Origin: a virus
Taxonomy: Duplodnaviria > Heunggongvirae > Uroviricota > Caudoviricetes
Reading direction: 5' to 3' (one strand)
Length of the DNA stretch: 20,913 nt
IMG/VR virus record: IMGVR_UViG_3300032053_000007
Below, one piece after another: positions 15,678 to 20,913 of the stretch (within the stretch, counting starts at the first letter, position 1; every line of letters begins with the position of its first letter). The notes beneath the pieces are model-generated. The model was not told the origin of the DNA. It was given only the letters and a program-made list of their open reading frames with translations, and did not search any database. Both the position numbers and the translations under genes were made by a program.

Positions 15678-16746
15678 GTTTGCAAAGATTCCTCTGGCAT
15701 TCGTGATGGGCACTAGACCACAGTATATGAAGGTCATTGCTGTACTTAATCAACTAAAGTACGAAAGTATTATAGTTGATACAGGACAACATTATGACTT
15801 GAACATGTCCCAAATTTTTTTAAGTCAGTTGAAATTTCCACATGTCGTAAATCTCGAAGTTGGCTCAGACACACATGGCGCACAAACAGCAAAAATAATC
15901 GAAGGTACAGAGAAGATTCTGATGAATATGCAACCCGCAATGGTTGTCGTTGTTGGAGATACAAACACAACTATGGGCGCGGCACTTGCGGCAGTTAAAC
16001 TGAAGATTCCAGTTGCTCATATAGAGGCTGGTTGTCGTGCATATGATAGAAATATAATGGAAGAAATAAACAGGGTAGTTGCCGACTCAGTTTCAAGTCT
16101 TTTGTTTACAGCAAGTTTACGCCATTGGACAAATTTGATTACCGAAAGGCAATTTGGAAAGGCTTACAATGTTGGCGACATACTGTTGGACGTTCTCACG
16201 ATGCATTTCTCTAAAATAGAGAAGGTCAAGACTTTGGATAATTTGGGTATTTCATCGCCTTACTATGTTGCCACTATTCATAGAGATTGGAATGTTGATA
16301 ATCCAGCGACATTTAAAGGAATACTTGAAGCATTAAGTAGTAGTCCTATTCCAGTTATTTATCCAATTCATCCGCGCTCAAGAAAAATGCTCAGAGAAAA
16401 CAAACTTGAAAAATATATAGGAAAGAATATTCAGATAATCGACCCCGTTTCCTATTATGACATGATAAACTTAGAACGATTCTCTAATGCAGTAATCACA
16501 GACTCAGGTGGCATTCAAAGAGAAGCGTTCTATCTTCATAAACTTTGCATCGCATTGAAGACCAGTACCCCAGAATGGCAAGAACTTTCTGACTGTAAAG
16601 CGACAATTCTGACTGGAACAAAATATGAGACAATCTCTGAGATTCTGAATAATCTACCGAGTTTCCCGAAAAACGTGAAGCCGCTTTATGGAAATGGAAC
16701 AGCCTCAGAACAAATCGCAAAAATCATAGGTGATTACATTGGATAA
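15649..16746 (+). CDS. wecB: Non-hydrolysing UDP-N-acetylglucosamine-type 2-epimerase (WecB/WbpI family)
   Basis: GTRPQYMK, DTGQHYD, VVGDTNTT, HIEAGCR, EEINR, ATIHR, YPIHPR, TDSGGIQREA, LYGNG.ASEQI. True start could be TTG 15667. Confidence 0.93.
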   Translation: MKGHSQLKNEFAKIPLAFVMGTRPQYMKVIAVLNQLKYESIIVDTGQHYDLNMSQIFLSQLKFPHVVNLEVGSDTHGAQTAKIIEGTEKILMNMQPAMVVVVGDTNTTMGAALAAVKLKIPVAHIEAGCRAYDRNIMEEINRVVADSVSSLLFTASLRHWTNLITERQFGKAYNVGDILLDVLTMHFSKIEKVKTLDNLGISSPYYVATIHRDWNVDNPATFKGILEALSSSPIPVIYPIHPRSRKMLRENKLEKYIGKNIQIIDPVSYYDMINLERFSNAVITDSGGIQREAFYLHKLCIALKTSTPEWQELSDCKATILTGTKYETISEILNNLPSFPKNVKPLYGNGTASEQIAKIIGDYIG

Positions 16747-17593
16747 CATTCTTGTAGTTGGATTAGGCGAAGTTGGTCGTCCAATATTTGAACTGCTTAA
16801 AATGCAGAGGATATGGAAAGTCTTCGGATATGACAGAGACCAAAACAAAACTATTCATGACTTGGATGAAATTCCTAATACTATCTACTCCCTTCATATT
16901 TGTATTTCGTGCTCAGACGCAAAGAAATTCATAAACATAGTCTGCGACTTAGTAAGCGAATTCGAGCCGAAACTTGTGATAATTCATAGTACAGTTCCGC
17001 CTCTAACAACAAGAATGATTTATGAAGAAATTCACCGCGAATGTCCGTACGTAGCGCACTCGCCTGTGCGCGGGGTACACTCCCAGATGCTTGAAGACAT
17101 TAAGACCTACACAAAGTTTGTCGGTGGCGCGACCCCAGAAGGCGGCAAAGAGGCATTTAATCATCTTATTAAGGCGGGGTTTAAATGCGAACTTATGCGT
17201 AATTCAACTAACACGGAATTGGCAAAGTTGTATGAGACAAGTTACGCCGCTACAATGATTGCAATGTTTCAGGAGATGCATAGAATTTCCAAAGAATTTG
17301 GTGTTGATTTCTCTGATATTCTTGACATCTTCATCGATACACATATTCACAGACTCGACAGACCTTTATATCACCCGTCAGTCATCGGTGGACATTGTTT
17401 GATGCCTAACATTGTATTGTTGAACCAGAGTGTAAACAGCGCGCTATTCAGGTGGGTCGAACGGTCAAATGAACTTAGGATAGCTGAGATGGAAGACCCA
17501 GAAATAGCCAAAGAAGTTGCCAAATGCAAGAAGAAATTCGATATAATGCGAAAGTGGTCAATAAAGGTACTAGGGAAAGAGGGGAAAATATGA
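16739..17593 (+). CDS. Short UDP-glucose/GDP-mannose/UDP-ManNAc 6-dehydrogenase family protein (no C-terminal UDP-binding domain)
   Basis: Rossmann VVGLGEVG, IHSTVPP, HSPVRG, TELAKLYET, catalytic GGHCL. TTG 16739 preferred (AGGTGA RBS at 16728-16733); the ORF track starts at GTG 16730. Confidence 0.85.
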   Translation: MDNILVVGLGEVGRPIFELLKMQRIWKVFGYDRDQNKTIHDLDEIPNTIYSLHICISCSDAKKFINIVCDLVSEFEPKLVIIHSTVPPLTTRMIYEEIHRECPYVAHSPVRGVHSQMLEDIKTYTKFVGGATPEGGKEAFNHLIKAGFKCELMRNSTNTELAKLYETSYAATMIAMFQEMHRISKEFGVDFSDILDIFIDTHIHRLDRPLYHPSVIGGHCLMPNIVLLNQSVNSALFRWVERSNELRIAEMEDPEIAKEVAKCKKKFDIMRKWSIKVLGKEGKI

Positions 17594-18768
17594 CAAAAAA
17601 ACTTTGTATTGTGGCATGGTTTGATTGCCGCGATTATTTCCAATGGTTTGTTGCTTTGAATAAATATGCGTCAAAACTCGACATTGTAGTGTCATCAATA
17701 AACGCTTCGCCAGTTCATAGAAAAGTTTATAATGATTTTGTCAATGACCCATATTGGAACCCTTTGAAAGAAGCTGATTATATTTACGCTTATGCAACAA
17801 GACGGTCATCAAGATATGAACCAACTGGTGTTAGTTGGTGGAGTTTACCGATTTTTGCAAAACCGTTTATGAAACCCGAAGCTAAAATGCTCGCTCAATG
17901 GGATGATGAATGGTTATGGTTATTTAATCCTAACGGAAGTTGGTGGGATTTAAAGTTAATGCCAAATCCAGACAATCATGGTGGACCAGAACAGTTCTTC
18001 AAAGATACAAAAATACTTGAAATACCAGATGGAATTATTAAGGTGACAGATAATCCGTTGTTTGAAAAATACACTACAAAACCAATATTCAAAATATTAT
18101 TGCCTCATCTTTTTAGATATGGTGTAAACAGGTATAATGAAAATCATAAAGGAAAAAATCTGGCAATAATGTATCATTCCGCTAGAAGCCATAATGTTCG
18201 TTCTGTTCTTGAAAATGTTATAAGACCTAAAAATTATGCGGTAACAGTATTTAATGGTAGTATCAAACAAGAATTTGTTAATGCTTTTCGTGCGCGAGAA
18301 AAACTTCCAGTTAATAGCGAAGTATATGTACGAATGGAATATGTAGCATATACAGATTTGCTTTGGAGAAATTGTGATGTGGGTCTGGATAATAGCGATG
18401 GTTACGGCGGATGGTCAAGATTTGGTATGGAATGTGCAATAAGTTGTGTACCCTGCGTTGGTTCAAGTAATTCTGTTCATGATATGTTTCCAGAACTTTA
18501 TACAGAGGTAAATGATTTTGCTAAACAGATTGAACTTATTGAGCGGCTTAGAACAGACCCAAAATTCTACCATGAAGTGGTTGTAGCTGGGCGTAAGCGG
18601 CTTTTAGATTTGCTTGATGATGAAAAATTATGTAAGCAGTTTCTTGATTGTTTCGAGAAAGTTGGCACATCAAAAGGCAAAGTTCCGTTACAACATTTCC
18701 AACCAGAAGATACGCGCTACCATCAAGATATACATCAGGCTAGTCCACGTCCACCAAAGTCGAAGTGA
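17590..18768 (+). CDS. Probable GT-B-fold (GT4-like) glycosyltransferase, divergent
   Basis: C-terminal CDVGLDNSDGYGGWSRFGMECAISCVPCVGS...NDFAKQIELIERL...YHEVVVAGRKR resembles the GT4 nucleotide-sugar-binding region. ATG 17590 overlaps the upstream stop (ATGA), so it is preferred over 17524. Confidence 0.55.
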   Translation: MTKKLCIVAWFDCRDYFQWFVALNKYASKLDIVVSSINASPVHRKVYNDFVNDPYWNPLKEADYIYAYATRRSSRYEPTGVSWWSLPIFAKPFMKPEAKMLAQWDDEWLWLFNPNGSWWDLKLMPNPDNHGGPEQFFKDTKILEIPDGIIKVTDNPLFEKYTTKPIFKILLPHLFRYGVNRYNENHKGKNLAIMYHSARSHNVRSVLENVIRPKNYAVTVFNGSIKQEFVNAFRAREKLPVNSEVYVRMEYVAYTDLLWRNCDVGLDNSDGYGGWSRFGMECAISCVPCVGSSNSVHDMFPELYTEVNDFAKQIELIERLRTDPKFYHEVVVAGRKRLLDLLDDEKLCKQFLDCFEKVGTSKGKVPLQHFQPEDTRYHQDIHQASPRPPKSK

Positions 18769-18772
18769 TAAA

Positions 18773-19054
18773 ATGTTAGTCAAAATTGATGAAATTCGTG
18801 ATGACTTTGACTTGTATTATAGTAGATTCAAAGCGGCTAAACGGCGTGTAGAAGAATTAGCTGAAGACATCTCAAAAAATGGTTTGAAAAATCCGATAGA
18901 AATTCATCGAGTAAAAGATTACTATGAAGTTGTAGAAGGTGTTCACAGATTGAGAGCTTGCAAAATGTTAGGCTGGAAGGAAGTGGAATGCATAGTTCGG
19001 AACTACGGACCACATGCAACCCCATTTCCAAGAGATAGATATAAATGCGAATAA
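18773..19054 (+). CDS. Stand-alone ParB/Sulfiredoxin (ParB N-terminal) domain protein, 93 aa
   Basis: VEELAEDISKNGLKNPIEI...YEVVEGVHRLRACKMLGWKEVECIV is the typical ParB/Srx core with the GxxR motif. No HTH follows. ATG 18773 lies 4 nt after the upstream stop. Confidence 0.88.
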   Translation: MLVKIDEIRDDFDLYYSRFKAAKRRVEELAEDISKNGLKNPIEIHRVKDYYEVVEGVHRLRACKMLGWKEVECIVRNYGPHATPFPRDRYKCE

Positions 19055-19614
19055 TTTGTGTGATACCAGTTTACAATTGCGGAGATATGCTACTCGAAAC
19101 GCTAAGAAGTGTGGATGGAAAAGTTGATGAGATTCATTGTTACGATACTTGTTGGCTGATTAACCCGTCAACTTTGCATTCTTCTGACGATACGAAACAA
19201 ATAATAGAAAATTTCTCTAAAACCTCTAAGACGAAAGCAGACTATATTATGTTATCGTCCCCAATGAGTGAACAAAAATGCAGAGATGCTTCTATAGAAA
19301 ATGTGGCAGAAGGAGATTGGGTTTTTGCTATAGATTCTGACGAAGTAGTTATACGATGGGATGATAATGTTCGTTCTATTCTTGAGAACACCATAGAGAA
19401 AGGATTCTTTTGGTATATGGATAGTCATATGTTTCCAGTTTGCCGCCTCTTTAGAAAGGAAAAATGTATGAAATATTTCACTTGTAGAGTTTGTGATTCT
19501 AAAGGCAAGATATTGCAAGCCCTTTACATGATTAACATTAATGTACGTCATGATTTCAACAAACGAAAACGCGAGAAACACGCTTCGGAAACTGCTCAGA
19601 GACCACATCCATAA
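19045..19614 (+). CDS. Small GT2-family glycosyltransferase (189 aa)
   Basis: IICVIPVYNCGDMLLETLRSV...DEIHCYD, DWVFAIDSDE (DxD motif), RLFR. Confidence 0.82.
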   Translation: MRIICVIPVYNCGDMLLETLRSVDGKVDEIHCYDTCWLINPSTLHSSDDTKQIIENFSKTSKTKADYIMLSSPMSEQKCRDASIENVAEGDWVFAIDSDEVVIRWDDNVRSILENTIEKGFFWYMDSHMFPVCRLFRKEKCMKYFTCRVCDSKGKILQALYMININVRHDFNKRKREKHASETAQRPHP

Positions 19615-19624
19615 CCTTTAAATA
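19609..19624 (+). promoter_or_regulatory. BRE-TATA promoter overlapping the GT2 stop codon (CCATAA-CC-TTTAAATA)
   Basis: TATA starts 40 nt before ATG 19657. GGTG RBS at 19647-19650. Confidence 0.75.
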
Positions 19625-19656
19625 CTACTTCTACTTTATCTTTCTTGGTGTTGATT

Positions 19657-20001
19657 ATGTCAGAAGACGATTATTGCCCAGAGGAAGAAGAAGCAAAAGA
19701 GAAAGCTATTGGTCCGAAGTGTGATGTTTGTGGTAAATCAACTGAAAGTTTGTATCCTGTTCTTGTGAAACGTGAACGTAGAGGAATGTATGAGATGGTT
19801 CAAATTTATCTTTGCGCTTTTCATATTTTAGAAAGAATGGAAGAGGATGTCTTGCCCCCACCGCCCGAAGATGGAGAGAAAAGCGAAAACAATATTTGGA
19901 ATGAATTAATGGGTCCAGATGAGGAAGAAGAAGAAGAGGATGAAGATGGCGATGGTGGTTGGTCTGGTGTAATTGACCATATAGGACAAAGTTTTGGTTA
20001 A
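19657..20001 (+). CDS. Hypothetical small Zn-finger-like protein (CxxC...CxxH) with an acidic tail
   Basis: CDVCGK...YLCAFH, then PPPP and DEEEEEEDEDGDGG. It has its own promoter and RBS. Confidence 0.7.
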   Translation: MSEDDYCPEEEEAKEKAIGPKCDVCGKSTESLYPVLVKRERRGMYEMVQIYLCAFHILERMEEDVLPPPPEDGEKSENNIWNELMGPDEEEEEEDEDGDGGWSGVIDHIGQSFG

Positions 20002-20009
20002 ACCATAAA

Positions 20010-20025
20010 CCATAACACTTATATA
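20010..20025 (+). promoter_or_regulatory. BRE-TATA promoter of the serine protease (CCATAA-CA-CTTATATA); CCATAA duplicated at 20003-20008
   Basis: TATA starts 41 nt before ATG 20059. AGGTGA RBS at 20048-20053. Confidence 0.7.
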
Positions 20026-20058
20026 CTTGGGTTGTCTATTACTTTATAGGTGACTATG

Positions 20059-20913
20059 ATGGGAATATCTGCTGAAAAACTAAAAGAAATTCATCGGAAT
20101 ATCCTTTATCCTATTGTTAGAGTTTTGACGGAACATGCCGCTGGAACTGGCGTAGTTATCTACTCGGCTGTAACACCAGAGACTATCGACAAACCAGACG
20201 AAGACAAAGAGTATGAATCATATGTTGTAACTTGCCACCACGTTGTTGAAGAAGCAATCAAGTTCGTCAAAAAGTGGTCTAGCATTTCCAAGAAAGACAT
20301 CACGGTTGAAGCTAACGAACTTGTGCGTGTGGAACTTTTCAAATACGAAAAGTTGAGTCGATGCATAGGTGGCACAACTTTGGATGCCGAAATAGTTGCT
20401 TATGATAAACCACTTGATGTCGCTTTACTCAAGGTAAAATGCTCTGATAAAGTAGAACATGTTGCAAAACTCTTTCCAAGAGAAAAAGGAGATGATATAA
20501 AACTCGGCACATCAATGATAAGCTGTGGTTGTTCGATGGCACATAATCCGTTTTTCACTTTTGGAAGTTTGACAAGCAAAGGCGACCAAATAGAAGCAAA
20601 AGAATACTGGATGACTTCTGCCAACATCATCTTTGGCAACTCAGGCGGTCCAGTTTTTCTGGAAGATACCTATGAATATATAGGAAATACCGCTAGAGTA
20701 GCAAGTGTGCAACTTGGTTTCGGTGTGGACATAATCACTTGGATGGGATTTTTCATACCGATTGATAGTATCTACCGTTTCCTAGAAGAAAACTTTTTCC
20801 AGTTTGTTTACGACAAGACAACCGACAGCAAGAAATGTGCAGAACTTCGTAAGGCGAAAATGGAAGAGGAAGAACGAAAAATGTCCTTCCCCGCACCAAA
20901 AGGCAGTTCTCAT
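20059..20913 (+). CDS. Trypsin-like (S1/HtrA-type) serine protease, 3'-truncated by the window edge
   Basis: Translated by hand; absent from the ORF track because there is no stop in the window. MGISAEKLKEIHRNILYPIVRV...AAGTGVVI...VVTCHHVV (His 20239)...YDKPLDVALLKV (Asp 20416)...IIFGNSGGPVF (Ser 20641)...GFFIPI. Alternative ATG at 20056. Confidence 0.9.
   Translation, partial: MGISAEKLKEIHRNILYPIVRVLTEHAAGTGVVIYSAVTPETIDKPDEDKEYESYVVTCHHVVEEAIKFVKKWSSISKKDITVEANELVRVELFKYEKLSRCIGGTTLDAEIVAYDKPLDVALLKVKCSDKVEHVAKLFPREKGDDIKLGTSMISCGCSMAHNPFFTFGSLTSKGDQIEAKEYWMTSANIIFGNSGGPVFLEDTYEYIGNTARVASVQLGFGVDIITWMGFFIPIDSIYRFLEENFFQFVYDKTTDSKKCAELRKAKMEEEERKMSFPAPKGSSH

Noticed and set aside
17524-17589. 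ORF-track N-terminal extension of the GT4-like gene
   Set aside because: Overlaps the dehydrogenase by 70 nt; ATG 17590 gives the ATGA coupling typical of this operon.
18614-18772. ORF-track N-terminal extension of the ParB-like gene
   Set aside because: Lies within the upstream gene; the domain begins just after ATG 18773.
20160-20639. Reverse-strand ORFs 20160..20375 and 20400..20639
   Set aside because: Antisense to the serine protease gene, whose + strand frame has a full catalytic triad.
1-20913. tRNA, rRNA, integrase/att sites, transposases or capsid genes
   Set aside because: None recognised by eye; coding density leaves only short intergenic gaps. Viral origin therefore remains an inference.

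Overview
AT-rich archaeal-type DNA with every credible gene on the + strand. Archaeal signals are BRE-TATA promoters, GGTG(A) ribosome-binding sites, an MCM helicase and a membrane-type Lon. The gene content looks like a large archaeal virus or other extrachromosomal element; this is an inference, because no capsid, terminase or integrase gene lies in the window. Order: (1) a 5'-truncated giant (>1950 aa) modular protein with DUF2341-type modules, a glycoside-hydrolase-like beta-propeller inserted inside one module, and 15-aa repeat stalks with a hidden six-unit super-period; (2) MCM; (3) a membrane-anchored Lon with a LonB-type ATPase but LonA-type catalytic motifs; (4) a tightly coupled 10-gene, ~9.3 kb glycan synthesis and tailoring cluster (PIG-L deacetylase, PhaB/FabG-like reductase, left-handed beta-helix acyltransferase, three glycosyltransferase genes, glutaminase-less Asn-synthetase-like ligase, UDP-GlcNAc-type 2-epimerase, short nucleotide-sugar dehydrogenase, stand-alone ParB/Srx domain); (5) an acidic Zn-finger protein; (6) a 3'-truncated trypsin-like serine protease missing from the ORF track. 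Five copies of one BRE-TATA promoter motif occur at near-fixed spacing from start codons; in three, the BRE also encodes the last codon (Pro) and stop of the upstream gene. All family calls come from motif recognition by eye; no searches were run.
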